A stretch of DNA of 64,000 nt from Convolutriloba macropyga (taxonomy: Eukaryota). The notes beneath the pieces were generated by a model. The model had not been told where the DNA came from, searched no databases, and was given only the letters and a program-made list of their open reading frames with translations. Positions 51,159 through 64,000 of this stretch are shown in pieces. Each line of letters starts with the position of its first letter. The first letter of the stretch is position 1. The stretch spans positions 60,512,001 to 60,576,000 of the forward strand of contig NC_134477.1 of NCBI RefSeq assembly GCF_964194025.1, given 5' to 3'. Both the position numbers and the translations under genes were made by a program.

Positions 51159-52669
51159 ACAATTATACACGCTTTATTTTTAGTTAGGACGATGACTCAC
51201 TAACCAATACTTCACCTTCATAAAGAACTAAATTACCCCTCTCCTGGAAAAAAAACTAAACCGTTCGACTATGACAAAAACGTTGATGGCTTGTAAACAA
51301 ATTCAAGTTCTTCATACTTGTGTTGCTGGCTTGTAAACAAATTCTTTAGATTCTTGTCTGGACCCGAGTGCGCTATGTAAACAAAAAAAAACGCTACTAG
51401 GTTGAATTGCGTCACTGTAACGCGATGCCCCCCCACTGACAAAAACAAAAAAAGACACAGCTTGCTTGCATCCGATTGGTCAATCAACTTATTGAAAGCG
51501 GGGTCCCTCGGACTGAAAAATTACTCATTGCTTTCTGCCTTACACTTTGCGTTCAGTTGATTTAAACTTGATACATTTTTGTCACTTCTAAACTTTTTAA
51601 TTAATCTTTCCTTTCACTGTTACTGGCTTACAGCAACAATCAATTTTGTGGGATGGGGCAAGCCAAGTGCGAAATTTGTCATAAACTACTGGCAAATAGA
51701 AGAACCGTTCGTCGACATCGGAAAGAAGTGCATAAGATCTGTCCTCAAGCAAACTCATTCGAGTGCACTGAATGTGGTTTCACCACGAAAAGCCTGTATG
51801 AGCTAACAGGACACATGACTGTGCAGCATGAGGCGATCAGTCCACGATACTGCATATACTGTCCTGAATGTTTTCCACGTGACACTGATTATCTCGAGCA
51901 CATGAACACTTTCCACGGTCTTCCAGCTTGGAGTGTAGATGCAAACAACCTACAGGACTCAGGCATCATACCAAGCGAACGTGCCTTCGGCGAAAGTCTA
52001 TGAGATTACCGTCGGGTCAAGAGACGTTGATCTGTTGCACGTTATTCAGCTAAAACGCCGAGAGATTGGAAACATTGTTAACATTAGTGTTCAGCAACAC
52101 TCACAAATTGTTCAGTTCAACTCAGTTATCAATCTCGTGAAACCCATCCAAACCAATGACGATGTATCATCAAGCCAGCCCGATAGAATTTCGGTTCATG
52201 TTGCATCAAAAATGGAACGAGTGGATTTCGGTGGTCTTGCAGATAAAACCTTCCATTCAATGGTAGAACAGATGCTCCTAGCGCTCAACCATTTTGCTTC
52301 CCATGGCAGCGGTTGGACTTTCGACCAAATTGTCAACATTGAAATCCGATTAGCAAAAGCTAAACTGATAAGGGCATCGTCATTTTTAGCGCTTCCAGGC
52401 AAACTAGCGCGCACATGCTCTCTACTGTATATCAGAAACCGAGATGACGATAATTGTTTTCTGTATTGCTATACTGCTGCCTACCATTTGAAGTTTGGCC
52501 CTCGACTTCTTCCTCCTGGTGCACCTTCACGCAGAATGACCAGCCCCGTAACATATGGACCAGACAACCCGCTTGCAAAACAAGCAGATGGTGTGTTTGA
52601 CATGCCTATGGGCTTCCACCAGATGACTCGCTTTGACGAATAAATTAAGGTCTGCGTCAACGTATTTCG

Positions 52670-52783
52670 GTAAGTTAAAAATCTTTCTGTTGGAAAAACA
52701 TTAAAACTAAAAAGAAGAGTATGGCACAAAAGCAAATGAGAAAAAAAAGATAAAAAACTAAAAAATAACATCGAACATTTTAG
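52670..52783 (+). other. Spliceosomal intron 1 of pPolB (114 bp)
   Basis: GTAAGT...TTTTAG. Splicing restores VNVFR/YAEKGLIPFRVSK..LLLL..HYVLI; the intron is A-rich with an in-frame stop. Confidence 0.85.
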
Positions 52784-55372
52784 CTACGCTGAAAAGGGAC
52801 TGATACCATTCCGAGTTTCCAAAAAACAAAACTGTGAAGTCAATCTGGACCTTCTTCTCCTTAGCGACGGTCAAATGTATCACTACGTTTTAATCCTGCA
52901 ATCTCTTATTCATAAAGTCAAGGAACGAGTAGTTAGAACGGATAATCATATTTGTAGAAACTGTTTTCATGTTTGCACCTCAAAAAAACGATACGAAAAA
53001 CATTTAGAACTTTGCTGGAAAAACAAACCAGCAATCGTGCGAATGCCAAAAAACACAACGTTTGTCTACAAAAAGTTCCAGTCGAGTTGGTTTGCTCCAA
53101 TTGTTGGCCTTTTTGACTTGGAGTCTATAATTGAACCTGTCTCAGGATGTCGGAACAACCCAACGAACTCAGAAACAACAACAATAGAAAAACATAAACC
53201 GTGCTGCTATGCAATGTTGTTTGTTGCTCAGAACCAAACTGAACCGTTTCATTTTGAATGTTTGACAGGTCCAAAGGTCATGGAACAATTTAGAAACCAT
53301 AGCAAAACGATTTTACAGCGTTAAACAACAACACAAATTTTTCTCTGGCCAGCCTCCCATTGCGAAAGAAGATGCCGTCGATTGTTGGATATGTGAAGAA
53401 CCATTGGAACACAGTTTGAATAACCCGACAGTTCTAGATCATTGTCACTTCACTGGAGAATTCCTCGGATGGGCGCATAACACTTGTAACATCAACAGGA
53501 GGTTTCTGAACTATATTCCACTATTCGCTCACAATCTCTCAAACTACGATCTTCGCCATGTAATTCTCGCTCTCCAGGGTAGCAGCATGCGAAATACTGT
53601 ATCAATTGTTCCAAATACAGATGAGAAATTTATAGCTCTGGAAATTGGGGTTCTAGTCTACAACCGTCAGGACAAAAATGGAGAAATGAAACCGGTGTAT
53701 GAGTATATCAGGCTACTCGACCGATTTCGTCTCATGGCCTCATCATTGGATTCTCTAGTACAAAACTTACCCTCTGATCAGTTCACTTTGCTAGAACATC
53801 ATTTTAAGGATTGGCCAGAAAGTTCGGTGCAATTGCTGAAACAGAAGGAATTTTTCCCCTATTGTTACATTGATAATTTCACTAAACTGAAAGAGACCAC
53901 ACTCCCACCACGAGAAAAGTGGATGAATAGTCTCCAACAGTATCAAGTGAGCGTTACTGAAGACGAGTACAAACATGCGCTGGAAGTTTTCGAGAAGTTT
54001 CAATGTGAAACAATTGAAGATTACTATAGTCTATATCTCAAAACTGATGTGTTCCTTCTAGCTGCAATTATGCTCTGCTTCCGCAAGGTGTGCTACGAAA
54101 CATACGGACTGGATTGCTGTCAGTACTATACCGCTTCCAATCTCTCTGTTGTTGCTATGTTAAAGTTATGTAAAGCGCATTTGAGACTCCTAAAAGAGAG
54201 AGAACAATTTGATATGGTGGAAGGATTGATCCGTGGTGGCGTAAGCTCGATTTACAATAAGCGGCTGGCGGTGGCGAACAACAAAGATCTACCAAATTTC
54301 AACCCCAAAGCACCCTCAACCTTCATAGTGATGATTGATGCAAACAATTTGTATGCGGGCGTTATGGAAAAATTCCCATTGCCACTAAACAATTTTGAGT
54401 TTACAGATGGAAACTGGGATCCAGAAATTGAAAAAGCGTTCATCCAAAGCGTGCTGGAGACACCTGACGATAGCGACATTGGCTACATATTAGAAGTGGA
54501 TTTGTCGTACCCAGTTGAACTTCATGATCTTCATTCAGATTTTCCGTTGGCCCCAACAAAACAGAAAGTTGATGCATGCTGGCTGGGTAACTATCAGGAG
54601 GAGCTTCTGAATGATATGCAGATGAATGCGCCGCCATCGAGTAACAAATTGATCCAGACCTCGTTCCCCAAAAAAAACTACATCTTGCACTATCAAACTT
54701 TGAAACTCTACGTTCAGTTGGGGTTAAAAGTGGAAAAATTCCATCGATCCCTTGCTTTTAACCAGTGAAAATGGTTAATGCCATATGTAAAGTTGAACAC
54801 TCAGAAGCGAAAACAGGCCAAAAACAAGTTAGAGGAAAACTTTTACGAGCCAATGGTGAACAGCATATTCTGGAAAACATGCGAGGGGAAACGCAATCGC
54901 ATAAAAGTAAAACTGGCTCGCAGTGAAAAGGAGACAATGAAATGGACCAGCGCTCACAGCTGACGTCGTTCAAAATTATTTGATGAGAACTTGGCAGCGA
55001 TAAGCTTGAACCAGACTGAAATAGAGTGGGATAAGCCAACTATCGTTGGTGCTTGCATCTTAGATCTTTCAAAGAAATTCATGTACGACTTCCACTACAA
55101 TACAATGAAGAAACACTTCAATTGTAAACTACTGTACTCGGACACGGACTCTTTTGTTTATGAAATTTTCTCAAACGACTTCTTTGCAGACTTGAAGCGC
55201 AAGACTGCAGTGAAAGACCTCTTGGATTTCTCAAATTTTCCGACTAATCATGAGATGTACGATCAAAGCAACGCGAGGCTGACACTGAAATTCAAAGATG
55301 AGATGGGAGGCAAGATGATTTCCGAAATTGTGGGGTTGAAACCGAAGCTGTATTCCACCAAGCTGGCAGATG

Positions 55373-55548
55373 GTTAGTCAACTTTTTTTCAAAACCTAAA
55401 AAAAGCCAAAAAATAACAAAAAAGCAGAATGAGTAGAGAAAACCCGGATAAAAAGTAAGAAAAAGAGAACTAGGATTAGATTTCCAAGAAAAAACGAAAG
55501 AAAAAAAAGTGAAAAACAAAAACTAGAATGCTTGAAATTCTATTTTAG
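55373..55548 (+). other. Spliceosomal intron 2 of pPolB (176 bp)
   Basis: GTTAGT...TTTTAG. Splicing restores KLYSTKLAD/VLAKHSAKGV in frame with ORF 55575. Confidence 0.85.
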
Positions 55549-56439
55549 TTCTTGCAAAGCATTCGGCTAAAGGTGTGACGCAAGACGCCAGGCGCGTGAT
55601 GACACATGAATTATACAGGCAAGTTCTCACAGGAGGAGAAACTGTTCGGCTTCTCAATACAAGAATTGCGTCGAGCAAACACCGACTAATGACAATCGTG
55701 TACAACAAGAAGTCACTCTCCGGATACGATGACAAGCGGTTTATTTTAAACGACAAGATCACAACTCTACCATTTGGCCACCACGCTCTGCGCGAGGAAA
55801 AGTTCATGCGCAACGTAGTACAGGATCCAGATTGGGGTTGGAGTGATGAGGAAGAAACTGTTGTACACGTTGCCGAGTCACTAACGCCAGAAAGTCAACC
55901 GCCTACTCAAAACACAGGCCCTTCATTGTCGGCAGAATTCTGGTCTTCCCCTGATCCCGGTCTCAACCAGCGTGTTTACAGTGACGATGAGCTTGAAGCG
56001 GACATTGCAGATTTTGCAAATCTGACTCAAGTGATTGAGGATGAAATTGAAAGATGTTCTTTTATAGACGATCAGGCTGCTGAATCAGGTTCGTCGCCTA
56101 GTCTTCTAGACCCAAGACCAATATCCCCCATTCATGTTTCTACTAACTGTACAACACAAGAGCAACCCATCAACCATCCCGGACCCTCAAAAAGTATGAA
56201 AAAGTGCGTAAAACGAATGCTGGAGCTGATATAAGACGATGAATCTATCAATGTAGTTAGAATAAAGAATTGGAGAGTGGTACAATTTGACTCTGATAGT
56301 GATGACAATTAATTTCTGTGAAAGAACTCTTTGCTTTAGTTTTGTGGTTTGTGTTCTGTTTTTCAAAAAAACTCCGCTTGATGGAAATAAGAAATCTTTT
56401 TGACTCGAGTTATAGAAAAATTGTATAATATAAGTATTT

Positions 56440-57875
56440 TAAAGGTCCCGCATAGGCAGTTGATCATTTAATAACTATGTCATTTTTGTCCTCAGTACAT
56501 TCAATCCATAGTATAAGTCTATCAAAAGCTTTTACAAAACAAACTGATCAGTTAATATATAAGTCATTTTGACCTGAGTACCTTCAATCCATTGTATAAG
56601 TCTTTTAAAAGCTCCCACATAAGCAGCTGATCAATTAATAACGAAGTCGTTTTTATCCTCAGTACCTTCAATCCATTGTATAAGTCTTTTAAAGGCTTCC
56701 ATACTAGTAGCTAACCAATTGATAACTAAGTCATTTTTAACCTCAGTACCTTTAATGCATATTATAAGTCTGTTAAAAGCTCCTACAATACTAGTTGATC
56801 AGTTACTAACTAAGTCATTTTTATCCTAAGTAACTTCAGTCCATAGTATAAGTCTATCAAAAGCTCTTACAAAGCAAACTGATCAGTTAATATATAAGTC
56901 ATTTTGTCCTGAGTACCTTCAATCCATTGTATTAGTCTTTTAAAAGCTCCCACAAAAGCAGCTGATCAATTAATAATTAGGTCATCATTGTTATCCTCAG
57001 CACCTTCATTCCATTGTATAAGTCTTTTAATGGCTTCCATGCTAGTAGCTAACCAATTGATAACTAAGTCATTTTTATCCTCAGTACCTTTAATGCGTAG
57101 TATAAGTCTTTTAAAAGCTCCTACATGACTAGTTGATCAGTTATTAACTAAGTCATTTTTATCCTAAGTACCTTCAGTCCATAGTATAAGTCTTTCAAAA
57201 GCTCCCACAAAAGCAGCTGATCAATTAATAACTAAGTCATTTTTATCCTCAGCACCTTCATTCCATTGTATAAGTCTTTTAATGGCTTCCATACTATTAG
57301 CTAACCAATTGATAACTAAGTCATTTTTATCCTCAGTACCTTCAGTCCATAGTATTAGTCTTTTAAAAGCTCCCACAAAAGCAGCTGATCAATTAATAAC
57401 TAAGTCATTTTTATCCTCAGCACCTTCATTCCATTGTATAAGTCTTTTAATGGCTTCCATACTAGTAGCTGATCAATTGATAACTACGTCATTTTTCTCC
57501 TCAGTACCTTCAGTTCATAGTATAAGTCTTTTAAAAGCTTCCACATAAGCAGCTGATCAATTATTAACTAAGTCATTTTTGTCTTCAATGCCTTCAGTCC
57601 ATTGTATAAGTCTTTAAAAGGCTTCCATACTAGAGGCTGATCAATTATTAACTAAGTCATTTTTATTCCCAGTACCTTCAGTCCATAGTATAAGTCTTTT
57701 AAAGGATCCCACATAAGCAGTTGATCAATTATTAACCAACTCATTTTTATCCTCAATACCTTCAGTCCATAGTATAAGTCTTTTAAAAGCTCCCACAAAA
57801 GCAGCTGATCAATTAATAACTAAGTTTTTTTTGTCCTCAGTGCCTTCAATCCATAGTGTAAGTGTCTCTAAAGCT
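56440..57875 (+). repeat. 84-bp tandem repeat, about 17 copies
   Basis: Unit GCTGATCAATTAATAACTAAGTCATTTTTATCCTCAGTACCTTCAGTCCATAGTATAAGTCTTTTAAAAGCTCCCACAAAAGCA with alternating variants. Confidence 0.9.
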
Positions 57876-58559
57876 TCATCGCTATCACATGAAAATGATA
57901 AAAAAAAACCTGCGTGTATATTCGCAAACAAAACTCTTCTTTGTCAAGAAAAAAAATAGGAATATGTTCATAGTTACCTCTGTAGATCATCTGAGTTAAT
58001 TGTTGCAATCTATCAAAATCTACCCTCCAGCTGATCTAAGTGTCTAAGTGAGCTCAATGAGTGTTTGTGAATAGTCGTGTTTGGTTTAAAGTTTGTGAAC
58101 TGGTGCCGTCTAATTTTCGCAATAGGGTTCCTCTAAACCAGCAAGGTCCGCTTCTCAATCATTGCACATAAGTTGCCGAAGATAAGAAGGCAAGGAGTTT
58201 ACTGGCGTCAAGCGAGTACAGTTCCTGCTACTCTTCAGACTGTTTATCTCAAGACTTGGTACTCCAGACAAGATATTAAAATTAATTCCCAATATATACA
58301 GAATTTATCAACAAACAAAAATATAAAGGTGAGCAACATCAGAAGTTGGTGATGAAATAAAACGCCATAAGACAAGGAGGAGAGTTTTGAAATAAAAAAC
58401 CCAAAAAACCGGTCAAAAGTGTGTACAATTCAAAAGCACTAACTGGATTTTTCCTTTTCATCACTCGGCTCCCAAATTGCTCTCCTCGTTGCTCTCCACC
58501 TTGCTCTCCGCTTTGCACTCCTTTTTGCTCTTCACTTTGCACTCTGCTTTGTTCGGCCA

Positions 58560-59660
58560 CAAAATTTTCACCAATACACTTGATATGTAAAAGTTGAAAC
58601 TCGGTTAGGTAACCAGCAGGTAGCTTAGGATCCAATACATAAGTTATTTTTCACCAATACCCTTGATATTTACAAGTTAGAACTCGCTTATGTAACCAGC
58701 GGGTAGCTTAGGATCCAATACACAAGTTATTTTTTTATAATACTTTTGATATGTACAATTTAAAGCTCGGTTATGTAACCAGCAGGTAGCTTAGGATCCA
58801 ATACACAAGTTATTTTTCACCAATACTTTTGATATGTACAAGATAAAGCTCGGTTATGTAACAAGCAGGTAGCTTAGGATTCAATACACACGTTTTTTTT
58901 ACTAATACTCTTGATATGCATAAGTTAAAACTCGGTTATGTAACCAGCAGGTAGCTTAGGATTCAATACACAAGTTATTTTTTAACAATACTCTTGATAT
59001 GTACAAGTTAAAACTCGGTTATGTGACCAGCTGGTAGCTTAGGTATCAGTGTACAAAAAATTTTTATCGATACTACTTCTTGATTAAAGTCAAAGCTCAA
59101 TTAGGTACCGCTTGGATAGCTAAGGTATCAAAACACCTAAAAACCTAAACATCTAAAAAGTAGTTTTTTAATCTTACTTTTTTAATGAAAGTCAAAACTG
59201 ACTTAGGTGCTACTTGGGTAGCTTAGTTATCATTGCAAAAGTTCTGGGTTATTACTACACCTTAGTAAAAAAGTCAAAACTCGATTAGGTACCGCTTAGG
59301 TAGCTTAGGTATCAAAACACAAGTTCTTTTTCACTATTACCCCTTATTAATGAAAGTCAAAACTCGATAAGGTACCACTTGTGCAGTTCAGGTACCGATA
59401 CACAAGTTGCTTTTCATTATTACTTCTTATTGATGAAAGTCAAAACTTGATTGGGTACCACTTGGGTAGCTTAGGTATCAACACACAAGTTCCTTTTCAT
59501 TTTTAACTCGCCTCTTGTTGATAAAAGTCAAAACCTGATTAGGTACCACTTGAGTAGCTTAGGTATGAATACACAAGTTCTTTTTCCTGATTACCTCTTA
59601 TTGATGAAAGTCGAAACTCGATTAGGTACCGAGCAGCAAATTTAGAGCTCGGGTATCGAT
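58560..59660 (+). repeat. About 83-bp tandem repeat, about 13 copies, two subtypes
   Basis: AAACTCGGTTATGTAACCAGCAGGTAGCTTAGGATCCAATACACAAG... grades into AAACTCGATTAGGTACC..GGTAGCTTAGGTATC... Confidence 0.88.
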
Positions 59661-59885
59661 GCAAAATTTTCTTTCCTATATTCTGTGTTTTGAAGAACGT
59701 TAGAAGTTGAAAAGGTACGGAAAAAACTAAATAAGAACTGATGTTTGCCAAAATAGGTGGTTTTCAAGAAATGAATTAGGCTATCAATGAAAGAAGGCAG
59801 TGACCAGACTATATAAAGCAAGAGTATACGAACAGTCAAAGTTTTTGTAAAAATGCGAGCTGTAAAAAGTTTTTGAGCTTTGTAC

Positions 59886-60413
59886 TCAAATTTGTTTGGT
59901 TTCGCTCTGTTTTTTCAAAACTTTCCGCGCCTTCACTGCAGCTTTCCGATCGAAAGTCAGTTCTTCTTTGATCCATTTCAGCTGTAGATTCTCTGATTTG
60001 CCGATGATTAGTTTTTGAACTATGGAATCCGCAGCGTTGTAGTATTTTTTCGCATCTTCTCGAATCTTCTTGTTTTCACGATCCGATTTTTTTTTCAACT
60101 TTTCCGCTTTTGCTAGTTTCAAGGCCCCGGCATTGTAGTATATTTTAGCCTAATTGTACATCTTTTCCTAGTACTTGCACTTGGAACATGCAGTTTCCAA
60201 TGAAACTTTTTTCGAGGAAACCGACCGGACACAAAGGTTATCGGATACAGAAAACACACTACCAGTTTCTTGTACAGGGGGCGAGTTCTCCATTTCATCC
60301 AATGAATCCAGCACAATGACCTCTGGTATCTTTTTTTGTGTTTCAGGGAGATCATCAAACACAATCATTTCCGACCTGAAGAGAGTGTTAACTTTTAAGT
60401 ATCCTAATGGCAA
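59886..60413 (-). pseudogene. Hypothetical K-rich protein remnant
   Basis: ORFs 60168-60413 and 59886-60122 are in the same frame, separated by two stops; CSKC motif and a helical K/E-rich C-terminus. Confidence 0.35.
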
Positions 60414-63400
60414 CCTTAATCCATGGGAGAACTACATAATCAAAAAATCCTTCATTCTATCAACAAATAGAGTCTGCATGGCTCAAGTAAACAATAACAG
60501 ACCTCGTCGTTTTTTCTACCAGCCTAAATTTCATTCACCAAAACCCCATTGATTATACTTTTTTACTTACGGCATAGAGTTCTGTTCCATTGTTGTGTCT
60601 GACTTTCTTTTGAAACCAGTCTTAAAAATACTGCTGCTGATCGTGTTGCCCTGCTGCCAAAAAGTTTGACAAAAATTGGCATTTTTAAATCAACATTATT
60701 ACTGAGCTGGTTCGATTACCAATTTCTTAAATTTATCCAGTGGGTTTGAGCTCAATTCAAATCAAGTTATGACAATATCCCTTTTCCTTTTCTTCTTTTC
60801 CTTTGCCCCTTTACCCAATCCCCTTTTTCTTTTTTATAAAGCAAGTTATTTGTGCTTTAAATTCAGCTTGAATCTATCTTTCTGTTCTTTACCTTAAGAG
60901 AAATGCCAATTCTTGTTTTTTTTCCAGTTACTGTTCTCTGCGTTGGTACGGTAGATTTGTAGAATCAGAAAAGCAAAATAGAAACTCAAAGTACTCAACA
61001 AAAGATTCTGGATAAGTGTAAGGGAAAACTGAAAGTAAAACAGTTAGGTTCAAGAAACATGAGATTGAAACTTGACTACAAGCTGACAATTGATTTTGTG
61101 ATAACCCGGACTCCAGATTTGCTCATCAGCTGGAGGTAATAAAAGTATGTCTGGACTAGAGCGTCTCCCCGGGGGACATTGTTTTTTACTAATTTCTTTG
61201 ATGTTGAGGAATTGATTTGTTTCAGTTATAATAACAATAAAAACTTGCATTTTTTAGCTCCCATCTTGACAAAAATTACTGGGCCGGTAGGCTTCTGGTC
61301 TGTTTACAAGCTAGTCATCACACGTAACAATTCCCATTTTTTACAAAGAAACTAAATCAAAACAATTTCAAAGCCACAAAATGCGTGATAAACCCCAAAT
61401 CAATTAGAGACAAATAGGTATTACATTGGCCATTCTCTATGCGATGAGTAATGTCTGTATGCAGCTTAAATAATAGCTGGACAATAAAGGAGTGTTAAAA
61501 CAAATGCGTAAAGTAGCCAGACAATCAGTGCAAGCGAATAAGTTCAAGCGAGAAAGAATTTGGAATAGTCCCAGAATGCCGAAGGTTAAAATGCCGAAAT
61601 TTTAAAAGGGTTTTAAAATAAGCTGAAAAATAAGAAATAACATCCCCCATTTAAATTTAAACCGTTTAAAAAATTTTTTAAAATTTAGAATTTTCGGCCA
61701 ATATCAGCAACAACACCAATAAAAACAACAATAATAAAAACAACATCAAAAAGAACGCCAAGCCTACCCAAAACAAATACCACCATTAATAAAATTGAAT
61801 CTTAAACTAAGTCAGAAACGAGTTCCAATCTTAGCTTGATAAGTTTATTAACTAGCGCAAAAACAGAACAATCACCTAATACTTCAAAAACTGTCATTTC
61901 CAACTAAAAACTTCTTGAATTCTTCAAAGGAGATAACCTCTATGAGTCTGCATACCTCTGTGAATAAAAGTTCGACTGCAGTTGAAACAACTAGAATGAC
62001 TGAACAAAATCAAACAACAACTGGAAAAGAACATTTATTCACAATTTATATGAAATCGAGACCGTCTTCAGAAAATAAAGACAAAATTGTAACAACTTCA
62101 AAAACTCAATCCCCGGAATAAGAACGTTTCCAAACGTCTGCTAATAGTGATCGAACAAAAACATCTCGACAACAGAGGACTTACAAAAGTCGTTCGTGGG
62201 AAGTGCCTAATTTGGTACTTGACTACGGCCTTGAGAAACAAGAGAGTTTTGAGGCCAGTTCTTTCATGATTCCAACAATATTTGGTAAGAAAATAAAACC
62301 GCTGATATTCCTGCACCTCTATGGCCCTTGTCTTTTTTACAACTAGTTACTGATTTCAACCACGCTAGCCTCATTCACGTTAGTTCACAATATGAGGTTT
62401 TCTGTTGACTGTACATTGGAAATTAACAAATTTTGTAAAGAGGAGGCTCGTTAATGTGCCATGACCCATAATGTTCCCACTCCGCTAATCCACAATCTTT
62501 TCACATTTTTCAACCAGTTGAAGCAAAGATAGACGGCCTCCAAAGGCGCAAAACAAATTTTATTGAAACTTTGATAGATTTTGAAAAAGGACAGACATCT
62601 AAATGAAAAGCGAATTCATACCAGTGAGAACCAGCTGCATTTTGTCACTAGATTGAAAACATTAACAAATGAAACGGCAGACATCATATTGACTCCAAAG
62701 GAATTTCTCAAGTAGAAAACAAAAATAATTACCTCAAGTGAACAACCAATTTTAACAAAAAACAAACAAAAAGACTCAAAAATCCAAATTTTTACCATAT
62801 TTTGCACTATTTCTCACACTGTAATAATGTCTTTTAAGATAGAAGTGGCCTCTAACTAATTTCGATTATCTTTTGAGTTTACAATTCAGATTTATAGGTG
62901 AGTAAAGAAGTCCAAAAAGTTTCCTCTAAACACATTTATAAACCAAAACGCAGTAGGCAAAAACATATCAAAGAAATTACCCAAGCTATGTAATCACGAT
63001 AAAATGAAAAATCGACTTGCAAGCTAAAAACTTAACCAAAAAAAACCAAAAAAGGAACATAACAACAGAAAAATTCAAATTTTTGTCTACATTTTTGCTG
63101 AGCCAATTTTCGCCGGTTTTTACATGTTCGATTAGTCTACAATATGAAAAGGCATCTAGTTTGAGATATGTTCAATTATTGACATATATAAATTCTAATA
63201 AATGAGGTTGGAGGCACCAAACAAAAATGAACAGAAAAGCAGTCAGAAATTACAAAAGAATTAAACCGATAGAAAAAAAAATAGTTTCAATTCAGAAAAA
63301 CAATATCTTATTAAATCCAGTTTTTGACTAGTTTTTTTGCCATCACTGCGATTTATTAAACCTTCCATTACTCTGACTGTATCAAAATAAAACTCAGAAC

Positions 63401-64000
63401 TTTAACTAATTGTTCGCTAAAACAAATAGTTTGAACGCTTATAATTTTTTATATATATATATATATATATATAAAAAAAGAAATTTTAAAAATTTTTTAG
63501 AGAGTACTGGAACATCAGCAACTCCTTTCAGTAAAAAGCAAAAGGGAAAAACAGATCAAGTTGTTTAAATATTACACAAGCTATGTAATTACAAAGCAAT
63601 CAATGATTGAAGTAAATTATGTTTATCCTTGAAACGTTTTAAAAAAATTGCTCTAGCAGTTTTGTTATCGATCCATATAGACAACGAAGTAAAAAAAAAC
63701 AGAAAAACTCCCGAAATAAACTCCAATCTCTTTTGATAATTTTGATGCTAGCCATTATAACCTCAAGCTGAATTCTGAAAACAAAAACCAGTAAGCACAA
63801 GAACACAATCAGATGAGAGTAAGAAGCGAGAGATTGCTAAAGAGATTAGTTTACGACTCAATAAAATTTCGAGGACAATTTTTGGTTCTATTCTATTGTG
63901 CCCCCCCCAGTGCTCTTTACAAATTGTATGTTGCTATATAGCAAGTTCTTTTTTACAAACATAGCACGCGCGCCTGGGGGCCGTAATAGATTTATGCCCA

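Larger units (their letters stand above)
51653..56234 (+). pseudogene. polB: Protein-primed family B DNA polymerase (pPolB) with N-terminal C2H2 fingers, EndoVII-like Zn motif and two introns
   Basis: GSGW, DDNCF, FDLES (Exo I), DHCH.TG..GWAH..CN, AHNLSNYD (Exo II), YLKTDV (Exo III), DANNLY, YSDTDS, KFKDE, GLKPKLYS, AKGV, DDKR. Several stops and frameshifts. Confidence 0.93.
44950..60560 (+). mobile_element. Polinton/Maverick (adintovirus-like) element 2, degraded; right end not identified
   Basis: Starts AGTAG exactly where a MITE copy is cut off. Carries the full Polinton gene set (ATPase, INT, penton, MCP, adenain, pPolB). The right boundary is tentative. Confidence 0.85.

Noticed and set aside
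63449-63473. (AT)n microsatellite, and poly-G runs near 40565-40692
   Set aside because: Ordinary simple repeats.

Overview
AT-rich eukaryotic DNA, probably from an invertebrate animal, made up almost entirely of nested, partly decayed mobile elements. (1) 1-5542 is the right part of a Polinton/Maverick (adintovirus-like) element. It carries a penton gene, an apparent cysteine protease-linker-packaging ATPase fusion, a second divergent ATPase and a Zn-finger remnant, and ends in a 125-bp AGTAGT...ACTACT foldback. Its end plus host flank is tandemly duplicated (2.4 kb). (2) 11670-20058 is a full-length Jockey-like LINE with a 24-bp TSD. Its unusually long 3' UTR (about 3.65 kb) is packed with RNA hairpins of three families (20, 5 and 2 copies), with compensatory or G.U-conserving changes. 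I consider this the most novel candidate system here. (3) 29557-38252 is a BEL/Pao LTR retrotransposon (207-bp LTRs, CGCTC TSD) carrying a 60-bp minisatellite. (4) A family of small GG...CC MITEs with 7-8 bp TSDs clusters around a probable host secreted/LRR-like exon (43535-44230, minus). (5) From 44950 a second, distinct Polinton is inserted into one of those MITEs. Its genes are a 2-TM protein, ATPase, integrase, penton, core protein, major capsid, adenain and a pPolB interrupted by two spliceosomal introns, followed by 84-bp and 83-bp tandem arrays. All autonomous genes carry stops or frameshifts. All calls come from motif reading by eye; no database searches or folding programs were run.
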